A DNA stretch of 64,000 nucleotides, from assembly GCA_965227695.1 (NCBI GenBank), contig OZ245760.1:317034-381033 (forward strand), given 5' to 3'. This stretch comes from Gammaproteobacteria bacterium (lineage in GTDB: Bacteria > Pseudomonadota > Gammaproteobacteria > UBA4575). The notes below the pieces were generated by a model. It was not told the origin of the DNA. It was given only the letters and a program-made list of their open reading frames with translations, and ran no database searches. This document shows, one piece after another, positions 12,075-24,637 of the stretch (position 1 is the first letter of the stretch; the number at the start of each line of letters is the position of its first letter). The position numbers and the translations under genes were made by a program.

Positions 12075-13028
12075 ATGTCCAATACCTCGTTTAACAAGCA
12101 GGCGGTAAGCGATATTTTTGCTAAACCATTCAATGATCTGTTGCATGAAGCTCAATCGGTCCACCGCGATCATCATGATCCTAATAGCATTCAAGCTAGC
12201 ACACTGCTTTCAATCAAGACAGGTGCCTGCCCGGAAGATTGTGCATATTGTCCACAAAGCGCACATTATGACACCGGCCTTGAACGGGAAAAATTGTTGT
12301 CGCTGGAGGAAGTCCGCCAGGCAGCAAAGACCGCCAGGCAACAAGGTGCATCCCGTTTTTGCATGGGTGCCGCCTGGCGTAACCCGACAGATAAAAATCT
12401 GGACACCGTGATCCGCATGATCCATGAAGTACAATCAGAAAACCTGGAGACCTGTGTGACATTAGGAATGCTCACTGAAAAACAGTCGCGGCGTCTTGCC
12501 GAGGCGGGTCTTGATTACTATAACCATAATCTCGACACCTCCCCGGAGTTTTATGGAGAAATCATTTCAACGCGCGATTACCAGGACCGACTGGATACAC
12601 TTAAATATGTGCGTGAGTCAGGCATACATGTATGCTCTGGTGGCATTCTTGGTATGGGAGAAAACCGCCAACAACGGGTCGGTCTGCTCCACCAGCTTGC
12701 CAGTCTGGATCCACAGCCAGAGTCAGTGCCAATTAATTTACTGGTCCAGATAGAAGGCACACCATTACACGGCACTGAAGAGCTGGACCCGATCGAATTT
12801 GTTCGAATGATCGCAACTGCTCGCATCCTAATGCCGCAGACGTACATCAGATTGTCAGCAGGACGAGAATCGATGAATGATGTAATGCAAGCACTGTGTT
12901 TCCATGCCGGTGCCAACTCGGTCTTTTTTGGAGAAAAGCTTTTAACCGCGGGAAACCCGGATATCGCACAAGATACACAGCTATTCGCACGCCTTGGTAT
13001 GAGCCTGCAGGCTCAAACATCACACTAA
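12075..13028 (+). CDS. bioB: biotin synthase
   Basis: Radical-SAM [10 protein letters not shown] motif. Aligns with E. coli BioB from [15 protein letters not shown]. Start placed at MSNTSF rather than ORF-track 12015. Confidence 0.9.
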   Translation: MSNTSFNKQAVSDIFAKPFNDLLHEAQSVHRDHHDPNSIQASTLLSIKTGACPEDCAYCPQSAHYDTGLEREKLLSLEEVRQAAKTARQQGASRFCMGAAWRNPTDKNLDTVIRMIHEVQSENLETCVTLGMLTEKQSRRLAEAGLDYYNHNLDTSPEFYGEIISTRDYQDRLDTLKYVRESGIHVCSGGILGMGENRQQRVGLLHQLASLDPQPESVPINLLVQIEGTPLHGTEELDPIEFVRMIATARILMPQTYIRLSAGRESMNDVMQALCFHAGANSVFFGEKLLTAGNPDIAQDTQLFARLGMSLQAQTSH

Positions 13029-13038
13029 TCATTAGTAC

Positions 13039-14205
13039 ATGACTAATGACCTGGTTTCAAAAAAATTACTGGAAATTCGCCATAGCAATGCCTACCGAAC
13101 GAGGCTGCCTCTAGACAGTCCACAAGGTGTTTATATCACAGTCGATGGCCAGCGCTGTTTGTCGTTCTGCAGTAATGATTACCTTGGTCTGGCCAACGAT
13201 CCCAGGGTTTGTCATGCTGCGACAGACGCCATACAGCGTTATGGTGTTGGTTCAGGGGCATCGCAATTCATTAGTGGTTATACCACCGTGCATGCTCAGC
13301 TGGAAGAGCAGCTGGCAGCGTTTCTGAATTATCCCAGATGTATCTTGTTTTCCTCCGGATATCTGGCCAACCTAGGTACCATCTCAACATTTGCTCCCCA
13401 TTATTCCTATATCTTGCAGGACAAATTAAATCACGCGTCCATCATTGATGCCGCCAGCTACTCGCGGTCGAGGCTCAAAAGATATCGTCATCTGCAGACA
13501 CAACATGCATCTGCCATTATTAGATCCGAGAATCATAACCCATGCCTGATCGTGACGGATGGCGTATTCAGTATGGAGGGCTCCATTGCCCCTTTACAAT
13601 CATTGATCAAATTAAAACATCAGGGTCAGCATATGTTAATGGTCGATGATGCACATGGTATTGGTGTACTGGGTCGCTGCGGTCTGGGCACTATCGAGCA
13701 TAATCTTGTCGATACGACCGACGTGGATGTACTAATCGGGACATTTGGCAAGGCTTTTGGGGTGAGCGGCGCATTCGTGGCCGGGTGTGACAATTTAATT
13801 GAGTACCTGTTACAACAGACGCGCACCCTGATTTACACAACCGCCCCACCCGCCGCGTTGGCCGCAGCGGCCCTGCAAAGCCTGAAAATAATCATTAATG
13901 AGCCACAACGGCGTGATCGACTTCACGATAATATCCGCTATTTTCGTCGATGTGCACAACAGGCTTCACTGTCATTACTCGACTCTATCACTGCCATACA
14001 AGGCCTGATTATTGGTAACAATGAGCTGGCTCTTGCCTGTAGCGACAAACTCAGACAGCAGGGAATCCTGGCGCTGGCAATAAGGCCACCGACCGTACCA
14101 AAAAATAGTGCACGGATACGTATCACACTGAGCAGTGAACACACACATGAACACATTGACCGACTTGTTTCCAGTTTGGCCTCTATCGTTACAAAACCTG
14201 TTTAA
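13039..14205 (+). CDS. bioF: 8-amino-7-oxononanoate synthase
   Basis: 388 aa PLP-dependent acyltransferase with the lysine region GTFGKAFGVSGAF. Follows bioB. Confidence 0.85.
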   Translation: MTNDLVSKKLLEIRHSNAYRTRLPLDSPQGVYITVDGQRCLSFCSNDYLGLANDPRVCHAATDAIQRYGVGSGASQFISGYTTVHAQLEEQLAAFLNYPRCILFSSGYLANLGTISTFAPHYSYILQDKLNHASIIDAASYSRSRLKRYRHLQTQHASAIIRSENHNPCLIVTDGVFSMEGSIAPLQSLIKLKHQGQHMLMVDDAHGIGVLGRCGLGTIEHNLVDTTDVDVLIGTFGKAFGVSGAFVAGCDNLIEYLLQQTRTLIYTTAPPAALAAAALQSLKIIINEPQRRDRLHDNIRYFRRCAQQASLSLLDSITAIQGLIIGNNELALACSDKLRQQGILALAIRPPTVPKNSARIRITLSSEHTHEHIDRLVSSLASIVTKPV

Positions 14206-14870
14206 ATTTGTCCATGTTCTGCCATGGAGTATGCGGCTTCTCCTATAATTATATGGTCGAGTACTGGCACATCAATTAAATCAAGCGCCTGTTTAAGTCG
14301 GGCGGTAATGAGTTTGTCTGCCTGACTGGGCTGATTGCATCCTGATGGATGATTGTGGGCAAAAATAACACTCGAAGCATTATGTTTTAACACCAGTTTT
14401 ACAACCTCCCGCGGATAAACGCTGGCATGATTAATTGAACCTGAAAACAGCTCCTCGTAACAGATCAATTGATGCTGTGTATTTAATAATAAACATGAAA
14501 ATACTTCTGCCTGGTAATCTCTCATTGTCGCAAGCAGGAATTGTGTTGCCTGCTGTGCGCCGTCAAGCAAAGGTTTCAATGCAAGCTCCTGTTTGAGGCT
14601 GCGTTGGGCAATTACTTTGATTGCTGCGAGTTGAGAATATTTTGCCAGGCCCAGTCCACTAATCAGGCGCAACTGTTCAAAATCACATGCCAGTAAACCC
14701 CGTAAATCACCAAATCGGGTTAATAATTCCTCGGCCAGCTGAATCACGCTTTTTCCACGTGTGCCGGTCCGTAATATAATAGCGAGTATTTCAGCATCCG
14801 AAAGACTGTCGGCGCCCTGAGCCAATAATCTCTCACGCGGACGATTTTCATTTGGCCACTTCTGTATCAT
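14202..14870 (-). CDS. radC: RadC-like JAB-domain protein (UPF0758)
   Basis: N-terminal HhH-like region RPRERLLAQGADSLSDAEILAIILRTG. C-terminal JAMM motif HNHPSG. Confidence 0.85.
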   Translation of the reverse strand: MIQKWPNENRPRERLLAQGADSLSDAEILAIILRTGTRGKSVIQLAEELLTRFGDLRGLLACDFEQLRLISGLGLAKYSQLAAIKVIAQRSLKQELALKPLLDGAQQATQFLLATMRDYQAEVFSCLLLNTQHQLICYEELFSGSINHASVYPREVVKLVLKHNASSVIFAHNHPSGCNQPSQADKLITARLKQALDLIDVPVLDHIIIGEAAYSMAEHGQI

Positions 14871-14946
14871 ATTTATACTTAATTAATGACAAAAACGAGT
14901 GATCGATACATGATCCGATCAAGGTTTCTGGTAAACTCCTTTCGAT

Positions 14947-16170
14947 ATGACATTAAATAGTAAACATATTGTTGTTGTTGTCAGCGGTGGAATAGCTGCC
15001 TATAAGAGTGCCGAATTTGTTCGCGCGCTACAAAGCGCAGGCGCACAAGTACGCGTTGCAATGACAGATAGTGCAACCCGGTTTGTGACTCCGTTGACTT
15101 TTCAGGCCCTGTCAGGCTTCCCGGTACATACTCACGATGATGGCAACATGGACTCTGCCGGAATGGACCATATTTCACTGGCACGCTGGGCAGATGCCAT
15201 CGTTGTTGCCCCAGCCACGGCTAACCTGCTGGCCAAACTCAGTCATGGTATTGCAGATACTTTTGTAACTTCCCTGTGTCTTGCTCATGAAGGGATACTG
15301 GCGGTTGCCCCAGCCATGAACCGGGCCATGTGGCATCACCCGGCCACACAGCAAAACATCAATGCCCTCAAAGCCCGCCAGGTCAGTATCCTTGGACCAG
15401 CAGATGGTCTGCAGGCCTGTGGAGAGTCGGGTCAGGGGCGCATGCTGGAACCCGGGCAACTGCTGAAATTATGCAGTTCTTTGTTTTCCAATCAGCAACT
15501 TTCAGGCAAGCATGTCGTTATTACTGCCGGCCCCACGATTGAACCGATAGACCCGGTAAGATTTATTACAAACCGTTCTTCTGGCAGGATGGGTTATGCA
15601 CTGGCAGATGCGGCGATCGATGCGGGTGCGCGGGTGTGTGTCATCTCCGGTCCTGCTCACCTTAACAGAAACGACCGTGTTCATTACCTGGATGTGGAAA
15701 CTGCCCAGCAAATGTACCAGGCGACCCAACAACAATGTGCAACCGCAGATATTTTTATCGCAGCCGCGGCCGTGTCAGATTACACGCCAGACAAGTACCA
15801 TAATCATAAAATTAAAAAATCCAGCAATGAATTGTGCCTGACACTAAAGCGTACACCTGACATATTAAAAGAAATAAGACAACTATATAAACACCTATTC
15901 TGCGTTGGATTTGCCGCAGAAACAGATAATCTAACGCTACATGCAACCGAGAAACTTCATGCCAAGTCACTGGATATGATTATCGCTAACCAGGTTGGAT
16001 TGGAGGGGCAGGGTTTTGACAGCGATTACAATGCCATTGAGATTATTTCACCACAGGGAAACGAGTCCATCAGTCGAGCTCGCAAGTCTTATATCGCACG
16101 GTTAATCATTAGCAGGATATCCAATCTACTGAATGAAAAAAATAAGCACACAAATGTCAGCTACCTCTAA
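14947..16170 (+). CDS. coaBC: bifunctional phosphopantothenoylcysteine decarboxylase / phosphopantothenate-cysteine ligase
   Basis: 407 aa with an N-terminal flavoprotein domain and a C-terminal CoaB domain. Pseudomonas-like order coaBC-dut-algC-argB. Confidence 0.9.
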   Translation: MTLNSKHIVVVVSGGIAAYKSAEFVRALQSAGAQVRVAMTDSATRFVTPLTFQALSGFPVHTHDDGNMDSAGMDHISLARWADAIVVAPATANLLAKLSHGIADTFVTSLCLAHEGILAVAPAMNRAMWHHPATQQNINALKARQVSILGPADGLQACGESGQGRMLEPGQLLKLCSSLFSNQQLSGKHVVITAGPTIEPIDPVRFITNRSSGRMGYALADAAIDAGARVCVISGPAHLNRNDRVHYLDVETAQQMYQATQQQCATADIFIAAAAVSDYTPDKYHNHKIKKSSNELCLTLKRTPDILKEIRQLYKHLFCVGFAAETDNLTLHATEKLHAKSLDMIIANQVGLEGQGFDSDYNAIEIISPQGNESISRARKSYIARLIISRISNLLNEKNKHTNVSYL

Positions 16171-16627
16171 AAACCCGAAAATAAAACTCAAAATTCTCGA
16201 TTCACGCATTGGCAGTGAATTCCCGCTACCCGCTTATGCGACTGATGGTTCAGCAGGTATGGATCTGCGCGCATGTGTTGAAAAAAAGATAACTGTCTCG
16301 CCATCACAAACCATCCTCATTCCAACCGGAATATCCATTTTTATTGCTGACCAATCCCTGGCGGCGGTAATTCTGCCTCGTTCCGGTCTTGGACATAAAC
16401 ACGGTATTGTACTGGGTAACCTCGTTGGCCTGATTGACTCGGACTACCAGGGACCACTGATGGTTTCACTGTGGAATAGAAGCAGCGAACCATTTGAGGT
16501 CAATGCAGGTGACCGAATCGCGCAGCTTGTTTTTGTCCCGGTCGTGCAAGCCGACTTTGAAATTGTAGATGCGTTTGAATCCAGCGTGCGCGGCGATGGA
16601 GGATTTGGTCACACGGGTAAGCAATAG
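16154..16627 (+). CDS. dut: dUTP diphosphatase
   Basis: Aligns with E. coli Dut throughout ([33 protein letters not shown]). Start set at the internal Met. The 5' end overlaps coaBC. Confidence 0.9.
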   Translation: MSATSKNPKIKLKILDSRIGSEFPLPAYATDGSAGMDLRACVEKKITVSPSQTILIPTGISIFIADQSLAAVILPRSGLGHKHGIVLGNLVGLIDSDYQGPLMVSLWNRSSEPFEVNAGDRIAQLVFVPVVQADFEIVDAFESSVRGDGGFGHTGKQ

Positions 16628-16660
16628 CATTAATTACAACACTCTAACAGGAATCACTTC

Positions 16661-18037
16661 ATGGACGTCACTTCTAGTATTTTCAGAGCTTACGACATAA
16701 GAGGGGTCGTTGAAACGGATTTAAGGCCAGACGTTGTCACACGTATTGGCAAAGCCGTCGGAACACTCTACCCGGATTGCCAAACTGTTGTGGTCGCACG
16801 TGATGGAAGACTCACCAGTAAAACACTTTCAGACAGCTTGATCGAGGGTTTGCGTTCGACCGGAACGAACGTGATTGATATCGGTGAAGTCCCAACGCCC
16901 GTGCTTTATTATGCAACGCATGCATTGTCAACTGGTTCTGGTTTAATGGTTACCGGCAGCCATAATCCCCCTGAATATAACGGTATTAAAATGGTCATGG
17001 GCGAAAAAACCCTGTTCGGCGAAATGATCAGGGAAATCTATTCATGCATACAGTCCGGTGAATTTCGTGTTGCTGAACATGTTGGTGATCTTAAGCAATT
17101 GAATATTCTCGACGATTATGTAAATGAGATCACCGGCGAAATTAAATTGCATCGATCCATGTCTATAGCCATTGATTGTGGTAACGGTGTCGCGGGACCT
17201 TGTGCCACTAAATTATTTAATAAGCTGGGTTGCAAGGTCGCAGCTTTACATTGCGATATTGATGGACGCTTTCCCAATCACCATCCCAATCCAAGTGAAC
17301 CCGAAAACCTCAAGGATCTGATTAATACAGTAATAGATAAAAAACTCGAGCTCGGTTTAGCATTTGATGGCGATGGCGATCGCGTTGGCATCGTGGATGA
17401 AGATGGACAGGTATTATGGGCCGACCGCCAAATGATGCTTTACGCTAAAGATGTTTTATCTCGTAACCCCGGCGCAGAAATTATTTTTGATGTTAAATCA
17501 TCACGCAATCTTGCACGTTACATAACCCAGGCGGGTGGCAAGGCAACCATGTGGAAAACAGGACACTCTTTTATAAAAAATAAAATGAAGGAGACCGGTG
17601 CACTGCTTGCAGGAGAAATGAGTGGGCATATATTTTTCAAAGAACGCTGGTATGGTTTTGATGACGGCTTGTATTCAGCCGCAAGAATGCTTGAGATTCT
17701 CGCGGCTGACCCGCGATCGGTCAGTGAAGTTTTCAATGATCTGCCTAATGACATTTGCACTCCCGAAATTACGGTTCACCTGGATAATGAGGGTGACCAG
17801 CATGAGTTTATTAAAAAGTTCATTGAGAAGGTGAACTTTGATGATGCCACAATATCCACTATTGACGGTGTGCGCGCTGACTTTGACTATGGCTGGGGAC
17901 TGGTAAGAGCGTCTAATACGACGCCGTCATTAGTGATACGATTCGAGGCCGAAAGCGAACAGAAATTAAATCAACTTCAGACACTATTCAAGTCACAGAT
18001 ACATGCCGTTGACCCAACAGTTAATTTGCCTTTTTAA
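16661..18037 (+). CDS. algC: phosphomannomutase / phosphoglucomutase
   Basis: 458 aa. Active-site serine loop TGSHNPPEYNGIK and metal-binding DGDGDR. Confidence 0.85.
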   Translation: MDVTSSIFRAYDIRGVVETDLRPDVVTRIGKAVGTLYPDCQTVVVARDGRLTSKTLSDSLIEGLRSTGTNVIDIGEVPTPVLYYATHALSTGSGLMVTGSHNPPEYNGIKMVMGEKTLFGEMIREIYSCIQSGEFRVAEHVGDLKQLNILDDYVNEITGEIKLHRSMSIAIDCGNGVAGPCATKLFNKLGCKVAALHCDIDGRFPNHHPNPSEPENLKDLINTVIDKKLELGLAFDGDGDRVGIVDEDGQVLWADRQMMLYAKDVLSRNPGAEIIFDVKSSRNLARYITQAGGKATMWKTGHSFIKNKMKETGALLAGEMSGHIFFKERWYGFDDGLYSAARMLEILAADPRSVSEVFNDLPNDICTPEITVHLDNEGDQHEFIKKFIEKVNFDDATISTIDGVRADFDYGWGLVRASNTTPSLVIRFEAESEQKLNQLQTLFKSQIHAVDPTVNLPF

Positions 18038-18044
18038 TCGATAA

Positions 18045-19545
<1,501 letters not shown>

Positions 19546-19614
19546 GTGTGATCAATATAACAAGGCTTTATTTCTTGATTCCTCGAATTAGATCACTAAT
19601 TTTCGCGGCGGTTC

Positions 19615-20253
19615 TCATTTAATGCCATAAGATTGGCGATAAGCTGTTAATACTTTCAGTTGGCTGGATAACTCACTCTTGGAATGAGCATATTCAAGCA
19701 GGTCGTCAAGCCTGGCGATGGCGATAACCGGAATCTGATAAGCCTGTTCTATTTCCTGGATGGCACTCTTACCATCTGGGCCTACTTCCTGGCGATCCAG
19801 GGCTACGATCACGGCCACAGGGCGGGCTCCGGCCTGTTCAATGAGTGACATGCTCTGTCGTATGGCAGTACCTGCGGTAATGACGTCATCTACGATTACG
19901 ACGCGACCAGCCAGCGGTGCACCCATTAACAACCCCGTTTCACCATGGGTTTTCTCTTCTTTACGGTTAAATGTGACGCAAACTGAACGCTGATGTTCGC
20001 GTGACAGGGCAATAGATGTTGCTGTGGCAAGAGGAATTCCTTTATAGGCAGGACCAAATAACGTGTCAAATTCTATTCCGGACTTCATTAGTGCATCCGC
20101 ATAAAACCCCCCTAACCTGTCAAATGAAGCGCCACTGTTAAATTTTCCTGCATTGAAGAAATAGGGACTGACTCGTCCAGACTTGAGTGTAAATTCACCA
20201 AACATAAGTGCATCATTGGCTACAGAAAATTCAACAAAGGCAGATGAGTTCAT
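19615..20253 (-). CDS. pyrE: orotate phosphoribosyltransferase
   Basis: 212 aa with the PRPP-binding VVIVDDVITAGTA. Confidence 0.9.
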   Translation of the reverse strand: MNSSAFVEFSVANDALMFGEFTLKSGRVSPYFFNAGKFNSGASFDRLGGFYADALMKSGIEFDTLFGPAYKGIPLATATSIALSREHQRSVCVTFNRKEEKTHGETGLLMGAPLAGRVVIVDDVITAGTAIRQSMSLIEQAGARPVAVIVALDRQEVGPDGKSAIQEIEQAYQIPVIAIARLDDLLEYAHSKSELSSQLKVLTAYRQSYGIK

Positions 20254-20331
20254 AACGATAATGTGTAATGATTGTTGTTTTTCAGCATGCTAAAGTAACC
20301 AATCAATTTTAACAATCTCACTGAATTTCCC

Positions 20332-21117
20332 TTGCCAACCACCAAAATCATTTCCCTTAACGCCAATGGCATCCGTGCGGCTGCCAGAAAAGGCTTCTTT
20401 GACTGGTTAGCTGGACAACACGCGGATGTTGTCTGTCTGCAGGAAACCAGAGCACAAATAGAACAGCTACAAGCCGATAATATCTACTTTCCGCCTGATT
20501 ACTATCATTACTATGTTGACGCACAAAAAAAAGGGTACAGCGGCGTGGCCGTTTATACCCGGAAAAAACCACAAAAAGTCATCACGCAACTTGGTGTCGA
20601 AGAAATTGATATTGAAGGTCGCTATCTGGAAGTCCAATTTGACAAGATTGCTGTCATTTCACTCTATGCCCCTTCCGGAACCTCGAGTGATGATCGTCAG
20701 CAGGTTAAATACAGATTCATGGATCAATTCATGCATCACCTTAAAGCGCTCAAGCGACGCAAGAGAGAATATATCATCTGTGGTGACTGGAATATTGCTC
20801 ATAAAGAAATTGACCTGAAAAACTGGAAAGCCAATAGAAATAATTCCGGCTTTTTACCGGAAGAGCGGGCCTGGATGGATGACCTGTTCGATAATCACGG
20901 GTATATCGATGTGTTCAGGGAAGTAAACCTTCATCCCGATCAGTATACCTGGTGGTCGAACCGCGGCCAGGCCTGGGCGAAGAATGTTGGCTGGCGAATT
21001 GATTACCATATTGCGACACCCGGATTGGCTCAAAATGCCATTTCAGAATCCATTTATAAAGATCAACGCTTCTCTGACCATGCTCCGTTGACGATTGAAT
21101 ACAATTTTACACTCTGA
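20332..21117 (+). CDS. Crc-like exonuclease III / EEP-family protein that keeps the nuclease catalytic residues
   Basis: TTG start. Strong similarity to Pseudomonas Crc (YRFMDQFMHHLKALKRRKREYIICGDWNIAHKEIDLKNWK) and divergent from pyrE, as crc is. Unlike Crc it retains LQETR, GDWN and SDHAP, the ExoIII catalytic positions. Confidence 0.8.
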   Translation: MPTTKIISLNANGIRAAARKGFFDWLAGQHADVVCLQETRAQIEQLQADNIYFPPDYYHYYVDAQKKGYSGVAVYTRKKPQKVITQLGVEEIDIEGRYLEVQFDKIAVISLYAPSGTSSDDRQQVKYRFMDQFMHHLKALKRRKREYIICGDWNIAHKEIDLKNWKANRNNSGFLPEERAWMDDLFDNHGYIDVFREVNLHPDQYTWWSNRGQAWAKNVGWRIDYHIATPGLAQNAISESIYKDQRFSDHAPLTIEYNFTL

Positions 21118-21123
21118 CGATGT

Positions 21124-22476
21124 ATGAACAGCTGGGCCCAGTCATTCATGATTTACCTGCGCCCAAAAATGCTGGCCATGTTGCTTTTGGGCTTCTCAGC
21201 GGGTCTGCCACTCTTACTGGTATTTGGAACACTATCATTCTGGTTACGCAAAGAAGGAATTGAACGAAGTACGATCGGCTATATCTCCTGGGTGGCGGCA
21301 GTCTATGGGCTTAAATTTCTATGGTCACCACTGGTTGACAGACTTCCTATTCCGTTTATAACAGGCGTGCTGGGACAACGACGAAGCTGGATGTTCATCG
21401 CCCAGATGGGTATTTTCACTGGCCTGCTGTTTCTCGGCTCGGTAAACCCGCACGAACAACTTTGGCTACTGGTCGTATTGGCACTGACAGTTGCCATCTC
21501 GTCCGCCACCCAGGACATCGCCCTTGATGCATGGCGTATTGAATCTGCACCCGATCATGAACAGGGTGCGATGGCTGGCACCTACCAGCTGGGTTATCGT
21601 CTTGGTATGTTGCTCGCGGGAGGGGGTGCATTTTCACTGGCACACTTTTATGGTTGGCACTTCGCCTACACCGTGATGGGGCTCAGTATGCTTGTTGGTA
21701 TTGCCACGACACTACTGGTAAAGGAGCCAGTTAACCATCCTGGGCGCATGGCAGCTTTGGACCAGACCGATGTATTGCCATGGATAAATAAAATTCAATT
21801 TCTGCCTCAACGCTCAAGAAATATCCTTGTTTGGATGTTTACTGCTGTATGTTGTCCGTTTATTGAGTTTTTTAAGCGTAATGGGTTGTATGCGATCGTC
21901 ATTCTGATCTTTATTGCCACATTCAGACTGAGTGACATAACAATGGGCGTCATGGCCGGACCATTTTACGCGGATATGGGGTATACCGAATTACAGGTTG
22001 GTGTGATTTCCAAGAGTTTTGGCATTGGTATGACAATTTTAGGCGCATTGCTTGGTGGTGTACTCGTGATGCGCTGGGGCATATTGCGCGTGTTGCTGAT
22101 CGCGGGTGTTCTGGTTGTTTCCACGAACCTGATTTTTGTTTGGCTTGCCACCCAGGCTCCCAGCAACATACTACTTGCACTGGTAATTACTGCAGATAAT
22201 CTCAGTGGTGGTATTGCCGGGACTGTATTCATCGCTTATTTATCAAGTTTAACCAGTAAAGCCTATACCGCAACACAATATGCACTACTAAGTTCTGTCA
22301 TGTTACTTCCGGCAAAGTTTTTAGGTGGTTTTTCGGGAGAAGTGGTTGATCAGTTCGGATATATTAATTTTTTTCTATATGCAGGCGCGCTCGGAATACC
22401 TTCAATCATATTGGCCCTGTACCTAGGAACTCGAAACAGCATCGATCATCTAACGTTTAGACGACCCAACCAATAG
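21124..22476 (+). CDS. ampG: AmpG-family muropeptide MFS permease
   Basis: 450 aa, about 12-14 TM segments. AmpG-like N-terminus LAMLLLGFSAGLPLLLVF. Confidence 0.8.
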   Translation: MNSWAQSFMIYLRPKMLAMLLLGFSAGLPLLLVFGTLSFWLRKEGIERSTIGYISWVAAVYGLKFLWSPLVDRLPIPFITGVLGQRRSWMFIAQMGIFTGLLFLGSVNPHEQLWLLVVLALTVAISSATQDIALDAWRIESAPDHEQGAMAGTYQLGYRLGMLLAGGGAFSLAHFYGWHFAYTVMGLSMLVGIATTLLVKEPVNHPGRMAALDQTDVLPWINKIQFLPQRSRNILVWMFTAVCCPFIEFFKRNGLYAIVILIFIATFRLSDITMGVMAGPFYADMGYTELQVGVISKSFGIGMTILGALLGGVLVMRWGILRVLLIAGVLVVSTNLIFVWLATQAPSNILLALVITADNLSGGIAGTVFIAYLSSLTSKAYTATQYALLSSVMLLPAKFLGGFSGEVVDQFGYINFFLYAGALGIPSIILALYLGTRNSIDHLTFRRPNQ

Positions 22477-22486
22477 GGCAATCGCA

Positions 22487-23233
22487 ATGAATAAAGTTAA
22501 TCAATTTTCTTACGCTGTCATATCTTTATTGTTAATTTCGCTAGTCTTTTCCCATATCTCACATGCCAGCTGGCTAGATAAGATAAAAAATGTAATCGGC
22601 ACAGAAACAGGCAGCTCCAGTCTATCTGCGATGACAGATTATGAAATTGCCACGGCATTAAAAGAGGCGCTCACAACAGGTTCAGACAATGTCGTCAACC
22701 AGCTCAGCGCACCAGGAGGCTTTAACAGTGACGCCAATATTCGTATTCCGCTTCCTGAGTCATTGCAAACAGTACAGAAAACAATGAATAAATTTGGCAT
22801 GGGAAGTTCCTTAAACAACCTCGAAATCAAGTTAAACGAAGCGGCTGAAACCGCCACTGATCGAGCCAAACCTCTTTTCATTGATGCAATTCAGCAGTTG
22901 TCCTGGGATGATGTAAAAACAATCCTGAACGGTCCCGACGATGCCGCCACCCGTTATTTTCAGAGCAAAATGTCAGCCCCACTAGCACAAGAAATGAGGC
23001 CCATTGTGGATGCAAGTCTTGATGAAGTGGGTGCAATTAATGCTTATAACAATGCAATGGGACAATATCAGTCTTTACCGCTGGTCCCTGATATACAGGC
23101 AAACCTGACCGACCATGTTCTGGATAAAGGGATTGAAGGTATTTTTTATTATCTTGCTGTTGAAGAAAAAGCGATCCGTCAAAACCCTGCAAAACGAACC
23201 ACTGAACTGATGAGAAAGGTATTTGGCAATTAA
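22487..23233 (+). CDS. DUF4197-domain secreted protein
   Basis: Signal peptide. DUF4197-like helical protein (EALTTGSDNVVNQL, IRIPLPESL). Confidence 0.6.
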   Translation: MNKVNQFSYAVISLLLISLVFSHISHASWLDKIKNVIGTETGSSSLSAMTDYEIATALKEALTTGSDNVVNQLSAPGGFNSDANIRIPLPESLQTVQKTMNKFGMGSSLNNLEIKLNEAAETATDRAKPLFIDAIQQLSWDDVKTILNGPDDAATRYFQSKMSAPLAQEMRPIVDASLDEVGAINAYNNAMGQYQSLPLVPDIQANLTDHVLDKGIEGIFYYLAVEEKAIRQNPAKRTTELMRKVFGN

Positions 23234-23248
23234 TGTATAAATAATCAA

Positions 23249-23833
23249 TCAGGGTTTAATTTCGATGGGTGTACCATCTTTAACCAGGTCCCATACTTCT
23301 ATCATGTCCTGATTTTCCAGTGCTATACAGCCCTCTGTCCAGTCTTTGTCAGCAAAGGTTAATCTTATCCTTTCTGACCAATCGTTCGGCTGACCATGAA
23401 TCATAATTTCACCACCAGGGTCTATACCCGCCTCTTTTGCTGATCTCTTCTGGGAAATATTAGGGTAGGATACATGAATTGATCGGTAAAATTTGCTGTT
23501 TGGATTTCGCCAGTCCAGCGTATAGAGTCCTTCCGGCGTTCTGGAGTCTCCTTCCTTTTGTTTTTGCCCGACCGGCTGTTTACCCAAAGCGATATTATAT
23601 GATTTGACAAGGTCTGGACCGGCATACAAAAATAATTTGCGTTCGCCTTTTTTTACCAGCACATAATCGACCGGGACCAGGCTTTGATTAAGCTCTGTCT
23701 CTGATGATGGCGATTCAGTCTTACCGGGTGCAGTTGATGTAATCACGAGTGAACTCGCATTAAATTCGGCAAAACCATCGCTGGCAAATAGAATGAACAT
23801 GACTACCAGGCGGGAAAGAGCTATCCATTGCAT
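23249..23833 (-). CDS. L,D-transpeptidase (YkuD domain) family protein
   Basis: Signal peptide. YkuD catalytic region IMIHGQPNDW...DWTEGCIAL with the conserved His/Cys. Confidence 0.7.
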   Translation of the reverse strand: MQWIALSRLVVMFILFASDGFAEFNASSLVITSTAPGKTESPSSETELNQSLVPVDYVLVKKGERKLFLYAGPDLVKSYNIALGKQPVGQKQKEGDSRTPEGLYTLDWRNPNSKFYRSIHVSYPNISQKRSAKEAGIDPGGEIMIHGQPNDWSERIRLTFADKDWTEGCIALENQDMIEVWDLVKDGTPIEIKP

Positions 23834-23895
23834 ACACGGTGTGCCTTATCACTCTTTGGGTTTATTCATGCTGGCAAACTCCCACTCCCGTCAGA

Positions 23896-24534
23896 TTAAG
23901 GTTCGCTGCGTTTGCTTTTTATCCACTTAATGATTGGCGACCACTGTTCCCTGTCCACTGCGGTCGCGGCAGGTCCCATTTCAAAAATTCCCAGGCCCCT
24001 TTCTGCTGCACGTACATAATTCTGGTTATCACGTAACATCGTTAAATAAGGAATTTTCTGTGTACTCAAGAATTCTTCCAGTTCCCATGCAATGTTAGTG
24101 ATTTCACGCGCACGATTTGCAACCAGGGCCACTTTTGCTTTCTTTTGTGCAACCGGGGCAGATTTTTTCAGTTCATCCAGGAAATGTGTCGCGGCTCGCA
24201 TATCAATGGGCGACGGTAACACGGGAACCAGTATGGTTTCAGCTTTTCTGATAAGTCTGGTTAATTCAGTGCCATGAACCGCTGCAGGGACATCCATAAT
24301 GACAATATCGGTGTTTCTTTTGGGTTTCTCCGCTTTTTTATTAAACCCTGCAATGCCAATGATCGGTGGCTTGGCTGAGGATCTGGCGGCCAGCCAGTCA
24401 AGACTGCTGCCCTGTGGGTCATAATCTACAATCGTGACGTTTTTATTTTGATTAGCAAAATAACTCGCAAGGTTCGTTGCAATGGTGGTTTTACCAGAGC
24501 CCCCTTTGGCATTGATAACCATGATATGGCGCAT
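23896..24534 (-). CDS. orphan ParA/MinD-like Walker ATPase (no adjacent ParB)
   Basis: 212 aa. Deviant Walker A INAKGGSGKTT. Short ParA-like fold. A G7 tract lies immediately 5' of the ATG on the coding strand. Confidence 0.75.
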   Translation of the reverse strand: MRHIMVINAKGGSGKTTIATNLASYFANQNKNVTIVDYDPQGSSLDWLAARSSAKPPIIGIAGFNKKAEKPKRNTDIVIMDVPAAVHGTELTRLIRKAETILVPVLPSPIDMRAATHFLDELKKSAPVAQKKAKVALVANRAREITNIAWELEEFLSTQKIPYLTMLRDNQNYVRAAERGLGIFEMGPAATAVDREQWSPIIKWIKSKRSEP

Positions 24535-24637
24535 GTTCCCCCCCTATGAAGGTGGTGCTGATGAAATCAGACAGTGATTCTGAACTATGCGCGTGCAAGT
24601 CTCAAGCGACACTAAAATTAAATGTCGTCAATGGTGA

